In this document: positions 30,026 to 40,900 of the stretch, piece after piece | Position numbering within the stretch: the stretch's first letter is position 1 | How the letters are laid out: each line of letters opens with the position of its first letter | NCBI GenBank assembly: GCA_964647565.1 | Contig: CAZYIM010000015.1 | Span: 1-52,548, forward strand | From: an uncultured Methanosarcinales archaeon | Lineage (GTDB): Archaea; Nanobdellota; Nanobdellia; Woesearchaeales; CAZYIM01 | Direction of reading: 5' to 3' | Length of the DNA stretch: 52,548 nt | Made by a program: the position numbers and the translations under genes | Notes under the pieces: generated by a model | What the model saw: only the letters and a program-made list of their open reading frames with translations | The model's database searches: none | What the model was told of the DNA's origin: nothing

Positions 30026-30405
30026 CTCAAGTAATGCACAATCAACACATGATTGATGTGTCTTTCTGAGAAGAAGTGCTTTCTATAGGCTTCTGCATCT
30101 TTTTTTGTGTTGAAATAGACAGGTTCTATATATTCTCTTGGGCAGACATTTATGCAGTCCTTTGTCAGGCCGTAGTAACCCACAGGTATGCATGCCATAG
30201 CACCGATCTGTTCCATTACAGACCATACCCTCCGAACATCTTCGTACCTTCCATTAAGATACCATTCATCCTGGGTTTTGCTCAGCTTTTCAAAATCAAT
30301 CTTAAAATCTTCACCTTCCATGTCCACATGCTCTGCAACAGCCTTGATGATCCTGTCATCATATCCTCTTCTCAGTCTTTGCCGAATAATTTTTTCTAGT
30401 TCCAT
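30022..30405 (-). CDS. Hypothetical protein
   Basis: 127-aa ORF with AGGTGA SD. Confidence 0.65.
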   Translation of the reverse strand: MELEKIIRQRLRRGYDDRIIKAVAEHVDMEGEDFKIDFEKLSKTQDEWYLNGRYEDVRRVWSVMEQIGAMACIPVGYYGLTKDCINVCPREYIEPVYFNTKKDAEAYRKHFFSERHINHVLIVHYLS

Positions 30406-30466
30406 TTTATCACCTAAGAACTCTAATTCAAAATTATCTATATGAACCTTTGTTGTAGAGAATTCA

Positions 30467-30881
30467 TCAACTGATTTGTAATAATGGTAGTATTTCTTTG
30501 GTGTTTAGAACTTTAATCCTTTTTTGCTTTTTCAGTTTCTTATCATCCGACCATATTGTACTATTTGAAAATGCGAGGCCGCAAGCAATGAAAATAGCGT
30601 CATTAATGTCAATATCTTTTACTATTTTTATCGCTTCTCCTATGTTTGACTAAGATCTTATTTGGGATTATTTGGACTTTTAAAAGAATGATTGATAGAA
30701 GCCGATCAAACTTTGATGGTTCCATTCTTGATTTTTCTATCAGCTTTTGTTTATGCTTTTCAAGCTCTTCGAATATAAATTCTGGAAATAGAAAACTTCC
30801 TTGATACTCTAAAATGAGTCTTCTGGTTGTTGAGTTTTTAACCAATGCTGAAAACAGAATATTTGAATCAATAACAATCAT
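30467..30881 (-). pseudogene. vapC: Frameshifted PIN-domain (VapC) toxin
   Basis: The N-terminal frame (IVIDSNILFSAL..EEL) stops at 30609. The PIN C-terminus EAIKIVKDIDINDAIFIAC..IWSDDKKLK continues in the +1 frame from ~30638 to the stop at 30467. Confidence 0.85.
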
Positions 30882-31099
30882 CCAACAAACCTCTTGGTAG
30901 CAAGAGATTTTATTTTCTTATTAAATTCTTTGACATCTTTTTCGGAAATTTTACTCTTTTTAGCAAGTTTTTCAGCAATTCTTAATGTTTCAATTTTCTC
31001 AACTATTGCTTTTCTGGCTACTTCACTCCATCTGATCTCAGAAAATTGTTTCATCTTTTTATGTACTGGATCTGGAATGGCGAGGGTTATATTAGTCAT
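30878..31099 (-). CDS. Ribbon-helix-helix antitoxin (VapB-like)
   Basis: MTNITLAIPD..MKQFSEIRWSEVARKAI. Overlaps the PIN gene start (ATGA). Confidence 0.85.
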   Translation of the reverse strand: MTNITLAIPDPVHKKMKQFSEIRWSEVARKAIVEKIETLRIAEKLAKKSKISEKDVKEFNKKIKSLATKRFVG

Positions 31100-31142
31100 T
31101 TCACTTATATAAGTGATTTCACATATATAAATATTTCGCTAA

Positions 31143-31691
31143 CTAAGCCGGAATGTTCTTTAACTCTTTTTTCAGTTTTTCTATCTGCGGCTTGGCCATC
31201 GCTTTTGCAGACTCAAGATTGATCTTCATGAACTTTCGCTCATACCTATTTTCAAGTTCTTCCTTGGTCAACTTTTTCCTGCATAACTCCTGCCAGACAT
31301 CGTCAAACAAGACACCCAATGCATCGGCACATTGGATTATCTTGACCTCGATCTCATTATCTTCATGTGCATGTTGTGTCCTATGCTTTGCTATGCATTT
31401 GACCACGAGCTTTTTTTGCTCTTCAGAAATATCTTTGTCCTCTAAAAACTCTTTAGCAATCTCAGCGCTGGTCTCGTGATGGGTCTTGTTGCCCTTGTAC
31501 TTGCCAATATCATGAAGAAATGCTGCCAATTCAACCACTAACTTGTCAGCAGCCTCTATCCTGGCTAGTTTCATAGCATAAGTCCTTACTTGCAGGGTGT
31601 GGGTCCAAAGTAGCTTATCTTTCTGATCTTTATAGCAATATTCCCTGGCCAGCGCAACAGCCTCATTTATGAGCTTTTTTTTGATTGACAT
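31143..31691 (-). CDS. HD-domain phosphohydrolase
   Basis: H..V, LAAFLHDIGK, HH..SA, KH and QCAD motifs. Confidence 0.9.
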   Translation of the reverse strand: MSIKKKLINEAVALAREYCYKDQKDKLLWTHTLQVRTYAMKLARIEAADKLVVELAAFLHDIGKYKGNKTHHETSAEIAKEFLEDKDISEEQKKLVVKCIAKHRTQHAHEDNEIEVKIIQCADALGVLFDDVWQELCRKKLTKEELENRYERKFMKINLESAKAMAKPQIEKLKKELKNIPA

Positions 31692-31959
31692 GCTTCTTGT
31701 CTTCTTTCCTTTTCACAATAAAGTAATAGATTATTGCACCGATCATGCCGCACAAGACAACTATGAGAATCCACAAGGTCTTATCATCTTCCTTTGGAAA
31801 ATCCCTTTTGATGACATCGATTAGCATCAATATCCAGATGACAAATCCCGCAATCATAGCTGCAAAGAATGCAAACCAGATTACAGTGAAGATTATCCCG
31901 AATATCAATGAGATGATACCTGCTGCCATTCCAATTGCATCTGACATATTAGATATCAA
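31663..31959 (-). CDS. PLDc_N-domain small membrane protein
   Basis: WILMLIDVIKR..KTLWIL..IGAIIYYF. Confidence 0.8.
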   Translation of the reverse strand: MISNMSDAIGMAAGIISLIFGIIFTVIWFAFFAAMIAGFVIWILMLIDVIKRDFPKEDDKTLWILIVVLCGMIGAIIYYFIVKRKEDKKHVNQKKAHK

Positions 31960-32051
31960 TAATCGGTTGTTAATAAAGCTTTCTTTTGTGGGAAGAAGGA
32001 GAAAACATCTCCTTCTACACTAAACTAATCCTGCAGGGTGTGCTCTTAGGT

Positions 32052-33104
32052 CTACATCAGACTTTCCTTATTTACAGGAAATGGTGTTGTCGTTCTTATA
32101 TCCTCTGATCCGAGTACATACTGCGTCACCCTGTTAAGGCCGATGCCGCAGCCAGCATGCGGAATACTACCTTGCTTTTCGAGATGACCCAGGTACCAGT
32201 CGAAATTCTTGAGTACCCTCTTATTGAGCTCTTCATCTCTTTGGATCGCAGGATTGGTTATCCGTTCAATCTCCACCAGATCCTTGAACATCTTTGAATC
32301 AACCAGCTTTCTCTTGACATTAAAATGTTCATATTCCCTTTCAGCAGCACCAACAGCCTCTCCACCAGGGGGCAAAAGAAGATCCGCACTGTTTACAAGA
32401 TACTGGTTGTCTGCATTGGTCCTCATGTTGAAGAATTTGATCTTCTCAGGATAGTGGGTGATGAACATAGGCTGGTTGCCATGCATCTGCATCAATTCAC
32501 TTTCAAGCTTTGAGTCAAAATCATCTGCCCATTTCAGAGCATGTTTCTTCTCAAGGGATTCCAAGGCCTCTGTGTATGTTATCCTCTTGAACGGCTTCTT
32601 GATATTTTCAAGATGGCTGTAATCAATATCCAGGAGCTCGAGCTCTGGTTTGGCATACTTGAGCACGCTATCAACCATGGATATTATGGTGTTCTCTATA
32701 TGACCCAGCAGTTCATCCAAATCCCCTGGGAACTCAATCTCTAATAGTGGGAACTCTGCCAGGTGCCTGGGATCTGCCTCAGGTTCACCCCTAAAACTCG
32801 GGCCGTCGCAATACACTTTGCCAATAGTCGGCACAAAAAGTTCAAGATAGAGTTGCCCTGTCTGTACCAATGGCGCTTTCTTGCCAAAGAAATAGGTCAT
32901 GATCAGGGTATTCACATTCTCACAAGAGCCAGTTATATTGGTTATGTGCGGCGTACTTATTCTTGTAAAGCCGGCCTTCCTGAAATAATCCCTGGCCCCT
33001 TCATATAACTCGCTTTCTATCTTTGCAACAGCTGCCATCTCTGGCGTACTTACAATTTCATGCCTATTCTTGGTTTCTACTAATTTCTCTAATTTCTCAT
33101 TCAT
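32052..33104 (-). CDS. Archaeal asparagine synthetase A (AsnRS paralog lacking the anticodon-binding domain)
   Basis: Class IIb motifs (TP.I, QTGQLYLE, FRGE..RHLAEF..E.E, GGE..GAAERE, PHAGCGIGLNR) with no N-terminal OB fold. Confidence 0.8.
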   Translation of the reverse strand: MNEKLEKLVETKNRHEIVSTPEMAAVAKIESELYEGARDYFRKAGFTRISTPHITNITGSCENVNTLIMTYFFGKKAPLVQTGQLYLELFVPTIGKVYCDGPSFRGEPEADPRHLAEFPLLEIEFPGDLDELLGHIENTIISMVDSVLKYAKPELELLDIDYSHLENIKKPFKRITYTEALESLEKKHALKWADDFDSKLESELMQMHGNQPMFITHYPEKIKFFNMRTNADNQYLVNSADLLLPPGGEAVGAAEREYEHFNVKRKLVDSKMFKDLVEIERITNPAIQRDEELNKRVLKNFDWYLGHLEKQGSIPHAGCGIGLNRVTQYVLGSEDIRTTTPFPVNKESLM

Positions 33105-33116
33105 TTCTTTCCTCCT

Positions 33117-33183
33117 AAAAAAAATCAGAGCTCTCGCTATTACTAAATGAATAGCCCTAGCTATGAGAACTGATTTTTTTTTT
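33117..33183 (-). terminator. Hairpin with flanking A/U tracts between pyrB and asparagine synthetase
   Basis: Stem aaaaaaaatcag/ctgatttttttt with alternative inner hairpins (gctatt/aatagc or atagc/gctat). The U-tract abuts the GGAGG SD of the next gene. Confidence 0.45.
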
Positions 33184-33186
33184 CGT

Positions 33187-34287
33187 CTAGTGTATCTCTA
33201 GGTGAGAGTAATAATTGTCCATGACTTCCTGTGTGTTGAAATTAACTTTAAATCTATCTTGCTCTTCAGTCAGTATCAACTCGAGGGCAGCTCTAACCCA
33301 GATTCCATTTCCAGCCTGGATATAGACAACACTTCTTGGATCTGTGAACTTAATGTCTGAAAGTTCTGGATAAGGCAACAAGGTTCCGTCTTTTTTCATG
33401 GTCTTGATTGGAAGAGGGTGCATGATGATGGCCCAGGGTGGTAAGAGGTCGACATTATCTTCTGTGATTCTGAAATATGGTCTGACTTCCTTGGTGAGTT
33501 GATCTTGGACCTCTTTGTATTCTTTGTCAGTCATATCCTCTGTCCTTAACCTTTCTTCTTGCAACCGAGTCATGTATGCAACATCAGCTAGGGGGAGGAC
33601 TGAATTCAAATCACGGGTTATCTGGTAATCGCATCCAACGCCATCTAGGTAGTCCAGGATGTCCTGCCCAATCTGGAATTCGTCGGGTGCGCAGAATATG
33701 AACTTGGTTGTGGGATCCAGCTTGGCATCAAGATATGTGTTCGAACGTACAGTCCTACCGTATTTTAGATCTCCAATATATAGTTTGGTAAGACCTTCTT
33801 TTTTATTGTTGAATCTTTCCCCTTTGAATTTTTCTACAGTATACCAATCAAGAAGCGATTGGGTTGGATGCTGCCCTGATCCATCGCCGCAATTGACTAT
33901 CGGGATCTTTGATACTGCTGCTGCCTTCATCACAGATCCTGTCTCGGGATGTCTGATGGCCATTATACTTGCAGGATATTCGCTAAAAACCCTGACTGTG
34001 TCTTCAATGGACTCCCCTTTAGCAAATGAGGACATCTCTTTGGCATTCTGGGTTCCGATAAAAGTTCCGCCTAGAAGTGTCCATGCATCATTCGTAGATG
34101 TGTAGGTCCTACTTGAAGGTTCAAAGAATTGAGTTAGAAGTAATTTGCCATCCCTGGTCTTCAGGTTTCTCATGGCATTATGCTTCCAAGAATACTTAAG
34201 AAAATCAGCACGCTTCATGATTACTGCGCACTCTTTATGTCCAAATTGCCTGGCATCTAGAACATGTTCACAATGTAATTTATTCAT
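33187..34287 (-). CDS. pyrB: Aspartate carbamoyltransferase catalytic subunit
   Basis: FFEPSSRT, SFAKGES, IRH, HPTQSLLD, GDLKYGRTVRS, TRLQEER and HPLP motifs. Confidence 0.92.
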   Translation of the reverse strand: MNKLHCEHVLDARQFGHKECAVIMKRADFLKYSWKHNAMRNLKTRDGKLLLTQFFEPSSRTYTSTNDAWTLLGGTFIGTQNAKEMSSFAKGESIEDTVRVFSEYPASIMAIRHPETGSVMKAAAVSKIPIVNCGDGSGQHPTQSLLDWYTVEKFKGERFNNKKEGLTKLYIGDLKYGRTVRSNTYLDAKLDPTTKFIFCAPDEFQIGQDILDYLDGVGCDYQITRDLNSVLPLADVAYMTRLQEERLRTEDMTDKEYKEVQDQLTKEVRPYFRITEDNVDLLPPWAIIMHPLPIKTMKKDGTLLPYPELSDIKFTDPRSVVYIQAGNGIWVRAALELILTEEQDRFKVNFNTQEVMDNYYSHLEIH

Positions 34288-34502
34288 TTATACAACCCCC
34301 TATGAAAAGAATATCCCTGAAGAAAAAGAGTTTTTGTTTTCTAGGAATATTGCTCATCCTAAAAATAATGATGATTTCTTTTTCTTTATATCTTTTGTTG
34401 TTCTAGAGTATATACTCGACGACAAAATGAGAAAGGTACCCCCTATCTAAAACTATAAAAGATGCTTTTTTATTTAAATCTTTCTTACCAACAACAAGTA
34501 AT

Positions 34503-34617
34503 AGTTTCTTTTTGATAAAAGAAAACTCAGCTTACTGTCGCTCGCAAGTTTTCTTTTTGATAAAAGAAAACTCAGCTTACTGTCGCTCGCAAGTTTTCTT
34601 TTTGATAAAAGAAAACT
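34503..34617. repeat. Tandem mini-array: 3 palindromic 25-26-bp repeats with two identical 19-bp linkers (45-bp period)
   Basis: AGTTTTCTTTT-TGAT-AAAAGAAAACT at 34503, 34547 and 34592; linker CAGCTTACTGTCGCTCGCA. Confidence 0.9.
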
Positions 34618-34645
34618 TTATAAATTTTATAAAATATAAAGAAAT

Positions 34646-35125
34646 ATGAAACCTAAACCTTCTTTTCGGAAAGTAATCAAGGAAGAGCTCGCTTCAAAAA
34701 CAGCTAAAGACTTGATGAAAAAGAAATTTGACAAGATAGATGTTGATATTCCTATCAGGAAAGTGGTTAGCATCTTTGACAAAAAGAACCTTCATGTCTT
34801 GACAGTTTTTGACGGTAAGACTTTTGTTGGAGAGATATTTAAGGTCGATCTTCTTAAATTGGTTGTCAATGTTGATAAGGTACCTCAAAAAGAGATTCTC
34901 GAGATGGGTTTCCATATGGATTATGGTTATTTTGCAAAGACTGCCAAAGATGTAGTTACTGAACATAAGGTTACTGTCTATGAGGATGACCTGATTGAAG
35001 ACATTGCACAGATTATGCTCAAGAATGAAATATATAGCTGTGTAGTGCTTGATAAAAAAGATAATATTGTGGGCGTAATTACAGAGACTGAGATCTTAGC
35101 TGAGATCATGAAACAGGGCAAATAA
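34646..35125 (+). CDS. CBS-domain pair protein
   Basis: TAKDLMKK..VGEIFKVDLL and TAKDVV..VVLD..IVGVITETEI. Confidence 0.85.
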   Translation: MKPKPSFRKVIKEELASKTAKDLMKKKFDKIDVDIPIRKVVSIFDKKNLHVLTVFDGKTFVGEIFKVDLLKLVVNVDKVPQKEILEMGFHMDYGYFAKTAKDVVTEHKVTVYEDDLIEDIAQIMLKNEIYSCVVLDKKDNIVGVITETEILAEIMKQGK

Positions 35126-35126
35126 A

Positions 35127-36272
35127 ATGGAAATATTGCTTGATATTATATTGGTGCTTTTCCTGGCTAAGTTATTGGGCGGCCTCTTTGAGACTATACG
35201 CTTGGTGGAGTTGCTTGGGGCTATAATTGCAGGATATCTCCTAGGTCCTGTTTTCCATCTGGTGGATGTAGCGCATATTGAGCCCTTTGGTAAGATTGGA
35301 TTGATATTGATCTTATTCCTTGCAGGTTTTGAAGAGTTCAACTTAACTGAGATTCTAAAAGAGAAGGTGGGCATCATATCGACTGGAATAGTAGGTGCGG
35401 TTGTGCCATTCCTGCTCGGTTTTTTTACCGGTGTCATCTTTGATTTTGCAATAGCAGATGCTTTGTTCATTGGCGGAGCTATGGCTGCTACCTCTGTCTC
35501 TATCTCTGTTGGAACCCTGATTAGCACCAGGAAAGTCAACACCAAAGTGGGCAGATATGTGGTAGCTGCCAGCATCATCGATGATATCATTGGTTTGGTG
35601 ATCTTGATCTTCATTGTTGGCTTTGCATCTACTGGCAGCATCAACAGCGTAGGTGTTGGTATAGTCCTGCTTAAGATTTTAGGGTTTGCAGTAGGATTTG
35701 CTATTGCTCTTTATGTGATTCCTAAGTTCTTCAGATTTATTTTCAGGATGCGAACAGAAGAGCTGGAGATATCTTCTGCTATTGTGATCATATTGCTATT
35801 GGGATTTGTCTCTGAAAAACTGGGATTTTCAAGCATTGTTGGGGCATTTCTTGCAGGCATTGTACTCTCGAAAGTGCCGGCCTTAAAGACCCGGATAGAG
35901 ACTGAGAAATTCGAAGCCATTGCCTTGGGATTCTTTGCACCATTCTTCTTTGCATGGGTTGGCTTCCAACTGCAATTTGATTTGAGTATTATAGGCGTCT
36001 TTACACTGGTGTTCATCCTGATTGGCCTTTTCGGCAAGATCATTGCAGCCTATATCGGAGGCATGATAGCCAAGATGAATCTTGTGGAAAAACTAGCTAT
36101 GGGTGTAGCCATGATGCCGCGAGGAGAGGTTGCGCTCTCAGTCATGCTTATAGGCTTAAAGATGGGTGTTGTAAATAACACAGTGTTTGGAGCAACCTTT
36201 CTGTTGATACTGGTTACAATATTGTTGACACCTATGATATTAAAGCCATTGCTGAACAAGGTGCCTGCCTAA
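35127..36272 (+). CDS. Cation/H+ antiporter (CPA2, KefB/NapA-like)
   Basis: LFLAG.E, ATSVSI, ASIIDDI, GAFLAG, PFFF and MMPRGEV motifs. Confidence 0.92.
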   Translation: MEILLDIILVLFLAKLLGGLFETIRLVELLGAIIAGYLLGPVFHLVDVAHIEPFGKIGLILILFLAGFEEFNLTEILKEKVGIISTGIVGAVVPFLLGFFTGVIFDFAIADALFIGGAMAATSVSISVGTLISTRKVNTKVGRYVVAASIIDDIIGLVILIFIVGFASTGSINSVGVGIVLLKILGFAVGFAIALYVIPKFFRFIFRMRTEELEISSAIVIILLLGFVSEKLGFSSIVGAFLAGIVLSKVPALKTRIETEKFEAIALGFFAPFFFAWVGFQLQFDLSIIGVFTLVFILIGLFGKIIAAYIGGMIAKMNLVEKLAMGVAMMPRGEVALSVMLIGLKMGVVNNTVFGATFLLILVTILLTPMILKPLLNKVPA

Positions 36273-36312
36273 GAATTCTTATTTAAATCAAACAAAAGGT
36301 TTAAATATTTAG

Positions 36313-36630
36313 ATGGCCTGCTCTTTTTTTATGGAAACAGCAGATTATATGCAAGTTAAAATAAGGACTGGCCTGATGAAAGATTACTTTAGCCCTGAAT
36401 CCCTTGACCGACACAAAGAAGAAGATCCATCGCAATATGCGAATGTGGTTGCATTTATAGAAAATGAAGAGAGATTGCTTACTGAAGGGCGCAAAGGAGA
36501 ATATGCGCTGTGTTACCAGGGAAAACTTTGGGGAGTGAATAAGGAAAAATCTGCATTATTATCTGATTTTTGGCAGAAAGAAGGCAGACATGGTTGCATT
36601 TGTGATATAATAGGTGGAGAACAGCAGTAA
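36313..36630 (+). CDS. Small hypothetical protein (DUF5678-like tail)
   Basis: GEYALCYQGKLWG motif. The true start may be the ATG at 36331. Confidence 0.55.
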   Translation: MACSFFMETADYMQVKIRTGLMKDYFSPESLDRHKEEDPSQYANVVAFIENEERLLTEGRKGEYALCYQGKLWGVNKEKSALLSDFWQKEGRHGCICDIIGGEQQ

Positions 36631-36631
36631 A

Positions 36632-37093
36632 TTATTTCAGAAACTTATTATCGACTTCTTTAATATACTCTTTTACCCTGTTTATGATAGAATTCAGATA
36701 ATACTTCTCGACATTCTCGTTGAAAATGTTTGTTAGGAGTGAGTTTTCCCTGATCCTGTAGTTGTTGCCGACCTTCTCGACAAGGAAAAGATCTCTGAGT
36801 CGCAACAGCTGTCTTCGGATATTAGAGGGTGCAACACCCAGTATCTGCAAATTATGCTTTTCCCTGCTATCAATGGTCAACTTCTCAACTTCAGTAGAAG
36901 TCAGCTCTTTTTTTTGTTCCAGCATGACCATCAAGACATCAACAACAACATCTCGGGAATCTCCTGGCTGTAAAAGTCCAAGAGATAGGCATAGCTTTCT
37001 TATCAATTCCCTACCTTCAAGAGACTGTGGATTCTCATACTTCCTGAGGGTTATCTCAGCCAGAGGTGTGTCAACAGAGATGGTCTTTGCCAT
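36632..37093 (-). CDS. Winged-helix transcriptional regulator-like protein
   Basis: EITLRKYE..CLSLGLLQPGDSRD..SNIRRQLLRLRDLFLVEK. Confidence 0.75.
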   Translation of the reverse strand: MAKTISVDTPLAEITLRKYENPQSLEGRELIRKLCLSLGLLQPGDSRDVVVDVLMVMLEQKKELTSTEVEKLTIDSREKHNLQILGVAPSNIRRQLLRLRDLFLVEKVGNNYRIRENSLLTNIFNENVEKYYLNSIINRVKEYIKEVDNKFLK

Positions 37094-37160
37094 AGGATTA
37101 TCTTTGGAAGAATCGTTTATATAGTTTTGGTTTTAGAATTAAATAGAATATGTTTTTCCG

Positions 37161-37892
37161 TTATAGTCTAAGAAGAACATCTTTGGAGTTTCTAAAGCGT
37201 TCGTCTTTCTTTGCCAATTCAAGATGAACGTATTGGCATGTAGGTTTGTGCTGGCAGTCATATATGCAAGGATAACCCAGATAATGATAGCCTTCTGGCG
37301 CCATCATTGAATCGCATAACCCCAGATGAATAACTGTGATCATACTTTTTGGTGTTAAATTTGATTTATAATAAAGAGCTGGTAAGGTGAATCCATTTTT
37401 TGTAGTCCATATCTTGATCTCCTGTCTGGCTGGCTTGATGCCGATATAATTAATCAGTATTTGCATGTGCTCTGGAATTTCCAAGTATTGAATAAGTTCA
37501 TGATTCCGAGGCCTTAAGTTGATTGAATAATCATAGTCCTTATTTTTTGTAGATTGGTTTCTTCTTGCACGCCAAATAATATGATCCGGATGATCTTGTA
37601 GCTTTTCTACCAGCTCTCTGAATTGCGCACTTTTATCCTGTTTGTTTATTATTTCCTGGGTATAGTAGAATTTCTCCCCTTTTTTTAGAAGCTCTTTTTC
37701 AAGTACATCTGATGCCAGATCTAGCTCTCGACCTTCTTGCATGCATTTGGCAAGGTCCTGCTTGAAATTGGGATCCATTTTTGTGCCCAAATCAAGGTCA
37801 TCTTCAAATTCATATTTTTTATTTCGTTGTTTCTGGATTGCATTGTTGATACTTTGGAAAACTCGCATGAAATAGTGAATTTGATTAAGCAT
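37161..37892 (-). CDS. Hypothetical protein with Cys/His-rich C-terminus
   Basis: Long ORF with C..C.H..C..H motif near the end. Confidence 0.6.
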   Translation of the reverse strand: MLNQIHYFMRVFQSINNAIQKQRNKKYEFEDDLDLGTKMDPNFKQDLAKCMQEGRELDLASDVLEKELLKKGEKFYYTQEIINKQDKSAQFRELVEKLQDHPDHIIWRARRNQSTKNKDYDYSINLRPRNHELIQYLEIPEHMQILINYIGIKPARQEIKIWTTKNGFTLPALYYKSNLTPKSMITVIHLGLCDSMMAPEGYHYLGYPCIYDCQHKPTCQYVHLELAKKDERFRNSKDVLLRL

Positions 37893-37992
37893 AAAAACTT
37901 TATTATTATCGAGCAGTAAACCTGCTTATATTTTAAATTCTAAGAAACTTTTTAAATAAATAATCCTTGCCTTTAAACAGAGGGCTGGAAAA

Positions 37993-40900
37993 TTGAGGTT
38001 TACAATAGCAAATAAGCTAATTGTCTTTTTAATTATATTAGTGTTAGTTGCCAGCATCTCAGCTCTAGCAAAACCGAATAAAACTCCTTTTTTTTCGTCA
38101 AATAATGATCTTATTACACAATCAAATACCCAACAAGATATCTCTGTGATAATTGTGCTCAAATTCCAACCTTTAAGTTCTACAGCCTCAGAAATAAAGA
38201 GCGGTTATAGGGTTAGTCTAGAAAAATATCGCGAGCGTATTGATAAACTGATGGGCAGAAGGCAGCCTATTGTGCCCAGGGGTTATAATGAGATGATATC
38301 ACAAGAGCAGCAAGAACACGAATTGAGAGAAATTGGTGCTGATTCTGCGTATAGGGGATTTATGAGTCGCCTTTCTACTGAAAAACTAAATAATCTTAGA
38401 GAGAACCAGCAAAAATTAGATGACCTTCAGGATCAGATAAAAACTCACATCTTTGAAAGACAAGAGGCCCTTGTCAAGAGCGACCAAAGTCAGATAAGTT
38501 CAATTGTTGAAGACTGCGGAGGTATTGTTGTCGGAGATAGTGTTGTTATTAGTTCGGTCTATGCAATCATACCATCATCTTGTCTTGATAACATAAAAAA
38601 TAATGATCTTGTTGCAGATGTATATGAAAATAAGAAACAGCAGATTAATCTTAACATTAGCGTTCCTACAACCTTGGCGACCACATGGTATGCCAATGGT
38701 TTTAATGGAAGTGGTTGGGACATAGCTGTAGTTGACACAGGGATCGATGAATCCCATCCAGCCCTTATTGTGTCTTCTGCAGCAGTGTTCCATGCTACCG
38801 GCCAACTCGATGCAGATTACGATGACAATTTCACAAGTACAGATGATTTCAATGGCCACGGTACACATTGTGCAGGTATTGTGGCCAGCCAGAACACCAC
38901 CTTTAAAGGGATTGCTTTTGGAGCAGATCTGATTAATGCTAAATTTGGATGGCGTGGTCTTGACGGTAATGGTTACGGCTATGACTCTGATTCATTTGAT
39001 GCCATGGATTGGGCAATAAATACAGCAGGGGCTGATGTCATCAGCAGAAGTTTTTCGATGTGCAGTATTGGCTCTGCAGACTGTGCTCTAGCCAGATATC
39101 TTGATGCAGTTGTGGATGATCTTCAGGTCCATGCTGTCAATTCAGCAGGCAACAGCGGCCCTTCGGGATCCACTGTTGGAGGTGTGGCCTATAATGCATT
39201 CAGTGTTGCTAATATGCATGATTCGATTTCAATAGCTCGAACAGATGATTTCTTGCTTTCCACGAGTAGCAGAGGCCCGACAGTTGATTGGAGAGTCAAG
39301 CCAGACATTACTGCACCAGGAACCATAATATCTTCATGTGCCCATGATTGGGAAACCAGTGATGATTTCATCTCTTACTCTGGCACTAGCATGTCAGCTC
39401 CGCATGTTGCAGGAGCGGTTGCTTTGGTCCTTGATTATAAGGGCTACAATTGGGATCCTAAGGCAGTCAGGGCTCTTCTTTTTAACACTGCAGAAAATAA
39501 CTATTTCAATGATCCGACTGCCTTTGGTTGGGGATATATAGACCTTGATCATGCATATGTCCATAGGGATGATGTGATCCTTGAAAACCTGACTGAGGCT
39601 GAACATCTCTACTATAAGGGTAATGTCTTTACAGGCGACAAAGCAACCCTTGTTTGGAACCGACACGTGATTTATGCAGGTTCTGAAGAACCTTCTACTC
39701 TGTATGCTCTAAATGATCTTGATCTTTATTTTTACAATGAATCCAATAACTATGTGATTAACTCATCACTTAGCGGTTCAGATAATGTTGAGCAGGTCAA
39801 AGCCGATACCAACTACACAGATGTCATATTGAAAGTGCATGCATATACCCTGAATTTTAACCACGGTTCTGATACAGAGGAGTTTGCATTGGCAATGGAA
39901 GAGAATTTTGTCCAAATGACAGGTCCAAACATTTCGATTGAACAATCATTGCCTGCGCTCGCATCAAACCAGACTAATTTTACAATTATTGCAACTGCTT
40001 CGAATCTTGGAGACATCTATGCCCACAATGTCAACGTAACGCTTAGTTTGCCTAATGGCCTTGCAATCTTAAGTGGTGCTAATCCCCAGCAACTGGGTTC
40101 TATTGCAAATGGCAGTAGCAAGAACGCTACATGGATTTTAAATGCTTCAACTGGAGAAATAACATATCAGAATGTGACTGTATTTTTCAATACCAGTAGT
40201 TTTGGTGAGAACGAGTCAGAAGAGAGCTCTGAAGGATCTGTCTTTGTGACTGGGGGTGATGTTAATGTTGAAAGCAACGGCACTTCAGACCAGGCATCTT
40301 GCGATGATAATCAAAGTGTGAACGAGATCACAGGAATAGGTCCTGTAGGTGAGTATCATCTTGCCGGAGGCAACATAACCCTGATGATCAACTGGACTGG
40401 TTGGCATAATGGTGATGACAATCACTGGGCGTTCTTCATGAACACATCTGCTCAACCAATAGGCACTTGCAAATCATATTATAATGATAGTCCCTATCTT
40501 ACTTACACCTTAAACTGTTCCATTACTATTCCTAATAATGCGACCATAGGTTTAAATGTGATCAATATAACCGTGGACGATAAGAATGGTTACTGTATTC
40601 CTGGAGAGAATGGTGTAGATGCAGAAGGATTTACTACTTTTAATATTAGTCAGGGTCCTAATATCAGCATCCAATCCCCTGTTGACAACAGATATTATAC
40701 TTCTAGCAGGGTGTTGCTGCATATCACCACAGGGGAAGATGTCCAATGGATAAGGACGTCTTTTGATAATGCATCTAATGTTACAGAATGCAATGACTGC
40801 AACACCACAATGAGAAATTTTTCATTTCTTACAGAAGGAAAGCATAGTCTGGATGTCTATACGCTTGATTATTTAAGCAACACATATTATAGGAATGCCA

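Noticed and set aside
32052..33104. Asparaginyl-tRNA synthetase (asnS)
   Set aside because: It lacks the N-terminal anticodon-binding OB domain and better fits archaeal asparagine synthetase A.
34503..34617. CRISPR array
   Set aside because: Only three repeats, identical 19-bp spacers, and no cas genes in the window.
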